The notes under the pieces: model-generated | Database searches by the model: none | Told to the model about the DNA's origin: nothing | The model's input: the letters and a program-made list of their open reading frames with translations, nothing else | Shown here: in pieces, positions 13,163-24,737 of the stretch | Position numbering within the stretch: the first letter of the stretch is position 1 | Layout of the letters: each line of letters starts with the position of its first letter | Assembly (NCBI RefSeq): GCF_964355755.1 | Contig: NC_092680.1 | Coordinates: forward strand, 8,432,001 to 8,496,000 | Reading direction: 5' to 3' | DNA from: Antedon mediterranea | Lineage: Eukaryota > Animalia > Echinodermata | Length of the DNA stretch: 64,000 nucleotides | Program-made: the position numbers and the translations under genes

Positions 13163-16100
13163 TGCAGAAACGCGTGTATGTTTTGACAATTGTTTTTATT
13201 TTATAACCAAAAATTTAAAATTCCATCTGATTTATTGCTATATTAGAAAGATTTGGCTGTAAGCCATCAACCCATGGTTATTTTTCTTATTATTGTGATT
13301 TTTATTATTTATTGAGGAAGGAATCTCAGAATGCCAATGTTATAATAACATAGTCCTGAATCTTTTCTTTTTCCTTTTATATAGGTATTGATTTTGTAGT
13401 ATAACATACAAAATAAGTCTCCAAGAGTATGTTATTTTAGTCTGTTGGGAATATTCAACTTGATATCCTCATATTTATTGATTGTTACGTCAAGAACGGT
13501 ATATTATATGTCAGAAAATCATGTTGAACAGTTTTATATTGTTACAAATGATGTTTTAGTCACTCTCTTGTCGATTTTGTCGTGGTTATTTGACTAAGGA
13601 AGTATTTTATATCATGTCCTCTGTTTTATTATCATTTATATCACAGAACAATATCGTGTCCATCCATCGTGTTGTGAGGATCGTTCATGTTCATCTTTAT
13701 TATTACGCATCTTCATCAATGTTGGCCTAACCAAGAATAGTTAACACTATCCTGTACTATTTATCATCGACAACCTCGTAATTAAACATCATCAAAATCA
13801 TCATCTTCATTAACATACCAACATCTAAATCACCCTTCATCACTATTTTCCTTGTCATCACCATCGTTATAAACAACTCATTTTATTGACATTATGGACA
13901 CAATCGCTGTATGGTTAACCAGGGAGGGAGGGATTATAACGACCACGTGGTTTTTATCATCGTCACCGGAGTTGTTATCATTGCCAAAATGATGGTGCCG
14001 CGTCAATGCAGTTTTAATATGTGCCTCATTTAAACCATACTACTCAATATGTTGGTCCTAATTTCTTAGGCAAATTTATAAGCAATATCAGATTTATCTT
14101 CCTAAGAATGTTTTCTTATTAGGCCTACCTCTTCACACAACATCCTTAAAACCTGAAGGATTAACTATTTCCAACCGTGAATACATTTTATTTACCGTGA
14201 TCATTTCTTACCTCCGTGATGGGTGCTTGTGTATGTTTTTTCCTTCCTCATAAGATGTTGCTTTCTATTTTGCTCTATCTTTCGGGAGTTTTTTTTTAAT
14301 AAAATGTGTAATAGGCCTAATTGAAGAAACTTACTTTTTGATTAAAAATGTTAGAGATCTCTGGTCTTATTTTTCAAGTACATATTTAATTTAAGATTTG
14401 ACTGTTTCCTCTTTTCTACTTTTGTAATGAATGTTAAATCTTTTCAACCGGACAGTCTTAGTTTATGTTATGTTAAACAACAGAAAAAAAAAGCGTTGCA
14501 ATGATTATTCAATCAATGCGACGTTTTTTAAACTAATCTTTCATCAACCAAAGTCGAAACTACTCGTGTCTTGACGACATTCTAAGTGACGCTGTTTACC
14601 AAAAGTTTAGTTGGACTATCAGTCAAATTAACATTCATTAATAGACTAAGTTTGTTTTTTTAAATCTATTTAAAACCTGTAATAAGAGTAGACTAGCGAA
14701 CCAAGTTATTGTTGCTAATACAATTGACTGTGGTGATTGAAATCGATGGGTTTTTTTTCTATACTCCACGTCAATGCATTTTAGACTTAAGTGGGCGCTC
14801 TGCCATTTTCAGATTCCAGATTGATTTCTTCTGGTAAAATATGAACCTTATCACATTAATGGAATGGTTTTAATTCCCATTTATTCAGTTATGGTATAAC
14901 TGATAATCTATTATGTAATCACATCGGACCACTTTTCTTTTTAAAACATCAGTATTTAGGCCTATATTGTATTTATTTGTAAATGTATTGTGACCAAAAT
15001 CATTTTGTCGGGTTTCAGATATTACATTGCATTAATCCTAGCTAGCAATTTATTAGTAATCTCAAAATAACCTCCGGTTTAGCATTACATGATAATTGAT
15101 CATTATATCAAATTGACGGCAACATTAAGTAATGTTCTTGTATTTGCATAATTTTCGTACTCATTTGCTTAAATACCTACAACCGTGATAATCAAGCATG
15201 CTTAGTGTATACGGAATTCATGTGATAACTCATGTGCAAAATGCATTGTTAATTGCGTTCACATTAATCAGAATGTGTCAGAATGTGAGGGTTTAACAGG
15301 GAGTAGGCCTATTAGCTTTAAAATGAAGACAACATACAAAAACAAGAAACTAAATGTGAAAATATTTGGAGATGAGAGAGTACTCAGATTGTTAAATATG
15401 TTAGCATAACAATGGTAATTTTAGTTTTAAAAGCAGAGCAACATCACGTTCACAAGACTGTAGATGTCTACTTCTAAGATGAGAGTAAAAGAAAAATGAG
15501 AATCCTGAGGTTGAAGGATAGCTATTGAATCAGGAACAATGTTTAAGAGGCACATTGACAATGGGAGAATTGAATGGCCTACTAATGAGCCTACTTTCCA
15601 CAATTTCAACAGACAAATTAATCGTCCGGTTAATGTTATGGACATTGAGACATTAAGAAAAGAACCAACTGAGATCTGCTAAATAATAAACACAATACAG
15701 TGAGTTGTAGTAATAAAAAAGTGATGTTTAATACAGCTGTTTCCCACATTTAAATTATGACGTGAACAATTGAGTAACCAATCCCAGCCCATGAATGTTC
15801 GATTCGCGTAAACAAGTAGAAATGGAAGTTTGAAACATTTCAAAAGGAACAACACAGAAACACAGATCATGTAATGAATATAGCCTTTTTTAGACCCCAT
15901 ATCTCATTACTGAAACGAAATTTAAAAGCGTAGATAGTTGGTTCATTTATCATTCGTAGTTTAGTAATGATGATGATAACATTTATTACTGTTTAGCCCA
16001 CAAGGAACTAAAATTATTATTCTTTTCGGCATGGCTGCTGTTAACTTAAATTATCTTAAAATGTATCATAATTAGTGCTTAAATAATTGTCGTCCCGGGA

Positions 16101-17850
16101 ATTTATACTTCGAATATAATGATAATGGTGTAATGATATCTTAGGAATAAGTGGCTAAATGTATGTCGCGATTTCATATAGCTAATAGTGTTTAATTCAT
16201 GGACAGAAACTATATTGGCATTACGTTAAACGCTGATTTGGACAACTTTTCACTTGATCAGTCGGTGATTATTTACAAATTCTAGAGGTTTTAAAATGGA
16301 ATCTCTTTGATGAAATATCGATGTTTGTGTCAAACTGATTTGTCCATCTTCTAGAGCCAGGCTCGCTGGTTATTTTTTAAAACGAGAGCACCGAACTGAC
16401 AACGAATAGTACAAATATTAGGCCTAATTGGTTTGTTTTTCTGCAAAACGTTGGCCTTCATTATGCATAATTATCATACAGTGGTATTGTTGTATTCCAA
16501 AATCTATAAAGATGTGTTTATTGTGTCTATTTTGTACAGTAATTAGTTTCTTTGTTGCAACGTAGTTTTCTCACAGTTGTGATGGAGCGCATCTCAATGA
16601 CTTTAGAAAAACACTTGAGAAAGGTAGTAGGCCTACCAGCTGTAAGGTGATAAGGAATGAGGTGTATCTAATCAGCTTTTATGTAAAATGTCATTTTATT
16701 TCCATTATAATTATAATTGCAAATTAACCTCACGACACAACTTTTATCACCAACCACTATAGTTTAATACATCATTGAGATTGGTGTCATATGTTTCACC
16801 ATTTTCGTCATAACAATTATACCCAAGAACTGGTTTAAGAAAATCTTGGTTGGTTACTATTGTACAATTTGATGGTTAAACTTTACTACACATTTTTAAA
16901 AAGCCGACGTACCATTATTATAATATTGTTTCAAGTTTGCATGGCGAATAAACACTGGTCAAGTAAGTTTTCTGATATAAAATTCGTGTGTTTCCAAAAG
17001 GAAGGAAAGTATGGTTGTGAATATCGTGACGTTTCCTTTGTTATGCTATCTGCATTATTTTTTTTAAAAGTTCATATTATTATTTTCTTTCCATTTATGC
17101 ATAATTATTATTTCTTCTTCGTGGCTACGCTATGCAACGTTACATTAAAATGAGAAAGTTGATTTGATGCCACATGGAAATCTGTCAGTGCAAATTTCAC
17201 AGCACCACCAGCAAATATAATTATATTGAAAAACATTAAAACTATGTAAACTGCAGTGTAGTTATACAAAAGCATTATGTTTAAACAAGGTTGTATTGCA
17301 GTATTTGTTATTGAAATAGACAGTGACGTAAATAGATTAAAGGACACCAATTATTTGGAGATACACAGAGTACACTGCTTTTATAGTAGTAAACACTTTA
17401 ACATTATGATAATGTTATGGGGACTTTTAGCTTAATTATTTAAACGGATATTCATTAACTTACAGTGCTAAAATCAAGCAGTATGTATTAAAAGTATTAT
17501 CGTGACCTTCGAGTACACATTTTCTATGACTGGAAAACAGCAAAGATTCCCATAAAAGAGTGTATTGTGAATTGTATTAGTAATGGCGCAGATACAATAA
17601 GGCAATTTACCAATCGTCTTGTTCGTTGTAAATTACCTTTATTACTTTGTATGATAGTAGAAAATATACAGATCCGTAATATTATTACGTCTATGGATTA
17701 ATTTTTTTCCCGAAAAGGTTGTGTGCTGAGCTTGCGTTGCGAATATGAAGTAAATTCTTCAACAGTTCCAGTTTAGTACTGCGTACTTTAAGAATATAAA
17801 AAAATGTAATCAATATAAATTAATCTGCGAAAAGATTATTTCTTGCTGAC

Positions 17851-17979
17851 GCTACACTACACTATCAAACTTTATGTGACAACAAATGTGATGTGTCCAT
17901 ATGGATACGATGATTTCACATCAGTACTATATTTGGGCACATCACACGCACAAACCAGTTTGATAGTGTAGACAGAGCT
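17851..17979. mobile_element. Small palindromic MITE
   Basis: Inverted arms CTACACTATCAAACT / AGTTTGATAGTGTAG, plus inner arms TGTGATGTGTCCA / TGGGCACATCACA. Confidence 0.6.
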
Positions 17980-19122
17980 TAAGCCTAGATTACTTACGAA
18001 CACCAGTTTTACATTTCTATATCATTGAAATAAAAGTTCGTAAAACCACTGATGTATTCCTGTTCTAAATTGTGACGTATCCATTGCTAATAGGCATATT
18101 TCTAAACAATTGTGAACAAACGATTCTTTAGGCTTTTACCAATCGATGCGTTAAACTGAAACATAGGATTGTGCAAACACTAAATTGTTACATAAAAATC
18201 AACAAAGAATCCGACAAGCGATCAACAACTGTGATAATTTGTGTTCTAGTCCGGTAGCACGTGAATCTAGAACATTTGTGCAAGATTCCACAGCACGATA
18301 GTATGCTATGCCTTTTCATATTATTGTTTTCGGTAATAAAACAACGTGATCTGAACATGGAGTTCTAATTTTATAACTCCATGATCTGAAATAGATACAT
18401 CAGTCATATTATGTTAAACAAACATTGGATCCGTGGGAAGAGACTCCCGGTTATATAATGTTGACGCTCACTGCTGTACAACCTATTTCGAGGACACAAC
18501 GCGTCTTCTTGCCTTTTCATGCGCTCTGAACTGTCAGTTTACTGTCGTGTTTATGTTTCTGTATTAACGTATGTTAAACGCAATCAAATAAATTGCAGGT
18601 ATATAATAACTCTCTGTAGGCAAAATGTTACAGTCGGCTTTGAGAACAAAACGTGAATAAGATATAGTATTTGTAAGTAATTTGTAACCAATCCATTGCA
18701 ATGACATCATAATATGCAGTTTGTTTTATGTGAATATATGTTCATCAATGCTGCAGTTATGAGCTATAATATTTGTGATAAGAAAATGTAAAGGTGATTC
18801 AATGGGGATGATGTGTTAGCCAGTTCCTTTCTACGCCGCCCTTCCTATAGAAACCAGCATATTTCTTGTTCTAAATAAAATGTTCTGTATGATAGTCAAG
18901 TGTCGTGATACTAGGTCTAATAGAGCACAAAACAATATTTATGTATGCGTATAGTTTTTTTTTATTGTAATTTTTTGTTTATACAATATAATATTAGGCC
19001 TACTGAAATCAAATAGACAGTATGTAAAACCTGCCTTCAGGGTGCCAGGAATTTCAGGTGCTAACACAGGTAATATTATAACGATTGTAATGATAAAAGG
19101 CAGTTATTACTTGTTTCCTAAT

Positions 19123-19257
19123 GCTTGGTTCCCACTAGAGACGCAACGCAACGTAAGGGTTTCGACCAATCACAAGCGATGTATTTTTTCGACTGTCGAT
19201 TGTCATTGATCAATACGCTTTCGTTGCGTTTACGTCCTTGCGTTGTGAGAACCAAGC
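19123..19257. mobile_element. Small MITE (PIF/Harbinger-like)
   Basis: TIRs GCTTGGTTCCCAC / GTGAGAACCAAGC with TAA-type flanks. A half copy lies at ~34198-34270 inside an IPO11 intron (shared CCCACTAG..GACGCAAC..GACCAATCACAAGCGAT). Confidence 0.6.
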
Positions 19258-20390
19258 TTAAGTACTAAATACGAAAAATGTAAGAAGGAAATACACAGGT
19301 CACAGGCAGGAATAGGTTACACTGTTAATGTTTAGGCTAACATATTACTATAAATATCATTTCCAAGTTTGTATATCTTCCCGCACACAATTATGAAATA
19401 TTGGCAATTGCCTATAATAAAATTATAACTACCATCATTTTAAAGATTGTAAGTCTTGAATGAACCTTGAAAACCACATAAAACTTGATAGATCAGGGAG
19501 TTGTAAATATAATAATATTTTACAATTCTGCCTTGATTAGATAATGACACGATATTTTATCAATAAAGAATCCTACTATAGAATCCTAGTAAAGGCAAAA
19601 TGTCTTCAACTCTGAAGGAAATAAGGCACGATTAGCCTGAATGACATAACATTAGAAAACTATTCAGTTTTAACTATTTGATCAGTAGGCCTAAATGTAA
19701 AGATTAGGCCTACTAAATTATGTATTCAGTTCTTGTTGTAAATAGACGAATAAGCGCCGTTTGTTGACTTCCCGAGACCCTTATTAGAGGTGGACGTTGG
19801 GTATGTGTCGTCCAGGCCTTTGGGCATTTACGGTTTATCCATTGATGGATACTAACTGTTTCATCAAGCATTGATTGTTTTCACGTCTATAAATATACAT
19901 GACAAAATTTATTTCCATAATTTTAATTTGTATTTTGTTGCATTATTTAATTAGATTATAGATTAATCTGTTTACTGATTAGCTTAGATTATTGTAGAAT
20001 TATTGCGACTCATTTTATAACATTTATAAAAACACGATGAGTCACTATAAGGATGATTATGTTACCAGCATGTGGGTAATTTTACAACGCAATTGTATCA
20101 TTGTATATAATATTGTTTACTTAGTATAATAGTGTAAATATTGCATATATTGCCCTTACCATCAATTTAATATCGTTTGTATTTTATCTATTGTACATAC
20201 TGTGTTATTATTTTCAATAATTGTATCGACGTAAATACAAATATTTAAATAGCATATACTATTATAATGAAAATAGGGGATATATTATTTCAACTGATAT
20301 TGTATTCTTGAGAATCGCGACGACAATGATAATTCGTAGCTGTCTTAAGCCCATATCCAGAATTGGGTTTTTTTTCTTCTAAATAATGAT

Positions 20391-20438
20391 AAATGACAAT
20401 GGTGTATAAACATCCCTGTTTATACACCATTGTCATTT
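20391..20438. repeat. Near-perfect hairpin palindrome
   Basis: AAATGACAATGGTGTATAAA-ACATCCCTG-TTTATACACCATTGTCATTT gives arms of about 20 bp. Confidence 0.75.
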
Positions 20439-22027
20439 GTCACATTATACATGTCTAGGCCTACATAATGTTATGGAAATTCCGATTATGCTGCTGTTAG
20501 ATGTAATCATAAAATAAGATGATGTGATATTTTTTTAAATAATAATAATGTAGGAAATAAAACCGCTGTTATCTTCTTTTTTTAGTTGTAACATCAAAGA
20601 CAACCTGATACATCAGGTTATACTTGATATCGGGTTTGGCCAGTGAACCAATCAGCATCATCAACATTAGAAGACGCTGGTCATGCTATATGTTTAAAAT
20701 ACGTTTTACATAGTACATTCGAAGATTAGACGACGTATTTGCTTCTCAAACTTCGAACTTATGAAAGTACACATGTAACCTAGCGCTTAAATCATGGAAT
20801 ACGATCGAGAACCCTACTCGCTAATGCGTGACGACATTATTAGCAAATCGTAAACGTCGCGTATATTGGCAGACTAATGTCAAAAATACGTCACGTCGAA
20901 TCATTTGTTTAAATGGTTTGAATGCATATAGATAGATCACACAGAGGCTGACAGGCGATAGAGTGATGAACAGGCAACCAAATACTTGCTATCTTAGCAT
21001 AAGACCAGTGTGTGTATTTGACAATGATTACACCGTGATATTGATTCGGGCCAGTGAACTGTAGCGAAACTCACACAGGCTTAGATGAGGACACCTGACG
21101 GACGTTATGAAATAAGGTGTTTGAAAAAGAATGATATACCTGTTACTGGTTTGTCTCCATTGAACTTCTTCCAGCAATACAAATAGTGGAATTATGCAAG
21201 TGTAAATGTACGTATACAGTATTGTAAAGGTTTGTTTGACACTCGTTTTTTTTTTATATTTCTGTTTCTCTTCTACTCTATCGTTCGCTTGTGTTTTCAG
21301 TGCATAGTTCTTTTCTTAGGTATTGATAATACAACCCGGATAAATGGAGTAGTTATATTTCCTAGGTATTATCAGGCCTTTAAAATGGAGTAAAATGGGG
21401 TTTTGGGGTTGGGTTTCTTTTTTTTTAGAAGATATCCGCGTTGATCTCCCCTATTGTCTGCGTTGAAATGACTATAATGGCGTTATCATCGTCTTCATGA
21501 ATCCATGTTTAATATCTATTGGTAATTCGTTAAAAGCTACACCGTATTCGTTTACTGTATTTTTATTTTGCAATTTTAATGTAATTTCCGTAGATGACAT
21601 TTAGAAATGCATAGTGTTACTTTAACAAAATCTAATCAAACATAGTAGAACACTACTTGGCACACATGTTCAATTTCTAAAATGGTAATTGAAACACGAT
21701 TGTTAATGTTCATATACAGTATATTTATAATAATATATTTTCAAGGGTTACTCCGGTTTAAAATTGTTTTAACAATGATGAAAACCACACTTTCCAGTGA
21801 AGTGTTTTAAGTGTGGTTTTCATCAGTGTTGCTGTATAATTATGTTATAATAAACAATAGACATTTTAAACCAAAAATTAACGTTTAATTTAAAGAATGG
21901 TATTGTCAATTATTTTTACATTTTGTTTTTCATAAAACTAAATTTGTTTTCCTGATTTATTTTGTATTTAGGACAGGACCACAATGCAAAACAGGTGTTA
22001 TTTTACCTTATTGTGTTATACTGTATA

Positions 22028-22090
22028 AATTATCAATTATTAATATCAATTATTATTATCAATTATTATTATCAATTATTATTATCAATT
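22028..22090. repeat. AT-rich minisatellite (ATTATTATTATCA)n
   Basis: About 4-5 tandem units of ~13 bp are directly visible. Confidence 0.8.
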
Positions 22091-22715
22091 TCTTATTACT
22101 GATTATGTTTCATTTCAGACTGGTAATCCCGAATTCAAGGTGTTGTCAAATCGTTGGTGTAGAAAACATATATGTTATATTATAAACTTATTATGTGCAA
22201 CCACGTGATTCTAATTAATTTAATAAAGCATAGCGAATACCAGCAAGTATTGAAAAGGCAAAGTGAACGCGACGTAAATTACCAATACCGAAATTACTTG
22301 TAGTACACGGAAATACTACAAAAGTGGTAAATATTAAAGTTCTGGTATTACTATTTTTTCATTGGCATACTGTTGTATTTTTTTAGCAGAAACGGAAAAC
22401 ATTACATTATGCAAATTCTTTTTTGACGAAGTACTTTGATAACGTTGAAATTAAATGTATCGTTGAAGCATAGCATGTTCCTCCATGAACATAATCATTG
22501 CATCAAAATACAACGGATTAATCAACACAATTTTTAAAATTGTTTTAGCAGCTTTGTAATGACGACTTTTTATTGTGACCCGGCTTGTTGAATGCAGAAA
22601 TAATATAAACAGTGTTTACATGTGTCTTAAAAGAAAATACTTAACCGAGGTGACGTAATGATAACGATCCGAAGACGCTTTGTCGACCATCTTGATTTAA
22701 GTTGTTGTTACTAAG

Positions 22716-24737
22716 ATGAAACTTCTGTATCATCCATTTCAAACAAAGCCGAGTAATAAAAGATTACACTTTACGTTGTTAACGAGAAGTACCGAATCGT
22801 GTTTGTTATATACATCGAATGTTCCCACCTTCAGAGCATCGTACCAAAGAGGTTTCACAACTCGATTCTTATTCCTTGTCACGTATCTACTAACAAGTAT
22901 AGGCATTACCTGTGGTGTCTGCCCGCTAAAGTGTGTCTGCGATGACATATACTTATCTGTGAAATGCAGTAATCTTACAAAAATTCCAACAAATATTCCA
23001 AATTACACCCGAATTTTGTTGATTACAGAAGGAAATATCACTCAATTGGAAAGAACAGACTTTCTTCATTTACCGTCTCTAAGAATGCTTTCTCTGGAAA
23101 ACAATGGAATTCACACAATTTCAGGTGATTGTTTCAACAATACACAGAAGCTTCGAAAACTGATTTTAAATGGGAATCGTTTGTCTGTTTTTCCAGAAGC
23201 ATTGGGTTGCCTTAACAAGTTGAAGTATCTAGATCTAATGGGTAATGATATTGTTAATTTAACAACAAAAAAACCTATTAAGCTAAAAAATTTACAATAT
23301 TTGGATCTAGAAAGCAATAGTTTGACTAAGGTATCAGGAGAGTTTTTTAAATCATTATCTAAACTTCGTACACTTAATATGTCAAATAATCAAATAGACA
23401 TTATTGATGACGATTGGTTGAGAACATTGAGTAGCTTAGAAGAACTTCAAATGGAGAGTTCTTTTGCAATGCCACCGACTATAGAAAATTGGTTTTCTAA
23501 CAAATCACGTAATTTCTTTAGTACTATAAATCTTGCTTACAACGATATCACTAGTTTACCAGCAAGGATGTTTAACTGTTTACCAAATCTAAACACGTTA
23601 ATTGTCAACAACAACCAAATATCTGAATTACCTTCGAATATAAGCCTTAGCAATTTGAAAATTCTTGAACTGGGATATAACAAAATCACTCATCTGAAAA
23701 CAGAGACATTTGAGTCCGGTTTCAACTTAACGAAGTTAAGTTTGTCATCAAACCAAATAGAACGCTTACCATTAAATATTTTCCAAAACTCAAACCGTTT
23801 AAAGCATGTTGATCTCAAATCTAATTTATTATCAACTGTTAATCTTGATGCATTCGGGCCATTACCGCTTTTGAAGTATTTAAGTCTGGCTCAAAATAGG
23901 ATACAGGTTTTGCATCCTCGGTTTCCACATCAATACCAACATCTCAGTATTTTTGACTTAAGCCACAATCGAATAGAAGTTCTCGACGAAGATTTCTTTC
24001 GATTTAATACTTCACTAAATCTACTGAGTTTGAGTAATAACTATTTGGTAAAGCTACCTGATATTAGTAACCTCGATAAATTAAAGACACTAGACGTATC
24101 GCATAACTTACTGACTTTTTTACCAATTGACACGTTTGACGGAACTCCATTGCAATATTTAGACTTGGGTTACAACGGATTCGAATCTATTTCTTGGGAC
24201 ACGTTGTTTAATCTTTTTGAAAGTGGTTCTCTTGAAACGCTAATACTTGAAGGAAACCCCATTAGATGTGATTGCTATATGGAATGGGCATATCACATTC
24301 GAAGTACTCATCCTTATGTCTGGTTATCAAACTTTACTTGTTTTTCACCAATTCGGTTTGAAAATCATGGTTTTTTCCAAATACCTGACCATGAATTATA
24401 TGACTATTTGCCGAATTGCACCGATGACATAGACACAGATTTAATAACAAGAATTCTTATTATATGGTTTTCTGTTATGGTATTTCTGGTTCTCGTTTAC
24501 TGGATAAGAGTGTATCATAGAAGTTTGAAATTATGGCGTGCCTGGACTCGAAATAAGCACAAACGAAAACTTGAAGCAAGTCGCAACAAGAGGAAATCCA
24601 ACACATTTTATCGAATTTCCAACGATAACTTTTGGAATAACAATAATTTGTTCACACACCGTATGACATCTAGCTTTCGTCGAGTGCGTCTTACAGAATC
24701 GTTACAAAGCAATGAATATTTAGAAACCATTGTTTAA
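22716..24737 (+). CDS. Single-pass leucine-rich-repeat transmembrane protein (LRRNT, ~20 LRRs, LRRCT, TM, short tail; no TIR)
   Basis: The 673-aa ORF is uninterrupted. It has a hydrophobic segment FLFLVTYLLTSIGITCG, then the LRRNT CPLKCVC and repeated LxxLxLxxNxI motifs. These are followed by the LRRCT GNPIRCDC..C, the TM ILIIWFSVMVFLVLVYWI and a basic tail ending ETIV. The true start codon is uncertain. Confidence 0.93.
   Translation: MKLLYHPFQTKPSNKRLHFTLLTRSTESCLLYTSNVPTFRASYQRGFTTRFLFLVTYLLTSIGITCGVCPLKCVCDDIYLSVKCSNLTKIPTNIPNYTRILLITEGNITQLERTDFLHLPSLRMLSLENNGIHTISGDCFNNTQKLRKLILNGNRLSVFPEALGCLNKLKYLDLMGNDIVNLTTKKPIKLKNLQYLDLESNSLTKVSGEFFKSLSKLRTLNMSNNQIDIIDDDWLRTLSSLEELQMESSFAMPPTIENWFSNKSRNFFSTINLAYNDITSLPARMFNCLPNLNTLIVNNNQISELPSNISLSNLKILELGYNKITHLKTETFESGFNLTKLSLSSNQIERLPLNIFQNSNRLKHVDLKSNLLSTVNLDAFGPLPLLKYLSLAQNRIQVLHPRFPHQYQHLSIFDLSHNRIEVLDEDFFRFNTSLNLLSLSNNYLVKLPDISNLDKLKTLDVSHNLLTFLPIDTFDGTPLQYLDLGYNGFESISWDTLFNLFESGSLETLILEGNPIRCDCYMEWAYHIRSTHPYVWLSNFTCFSPIRFENHGFFQIPDHELYDYLPNCTDDIDTDLITRILIIWFSVMVFLVLVYWIRVYHRSLKLWRAWTRNKHKRKLEASRNKRKSNTFYRISNDNFWNNNNLFTHRMTSSFRRVRLTESLQSNEYLETIV

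Noticed and set aside
22716-24737. Toll-like receptor or VLR
   Set aside because: There is no TIR domain in the tail or downstream, and no VLR-type cassette organisation or GPI stalk.
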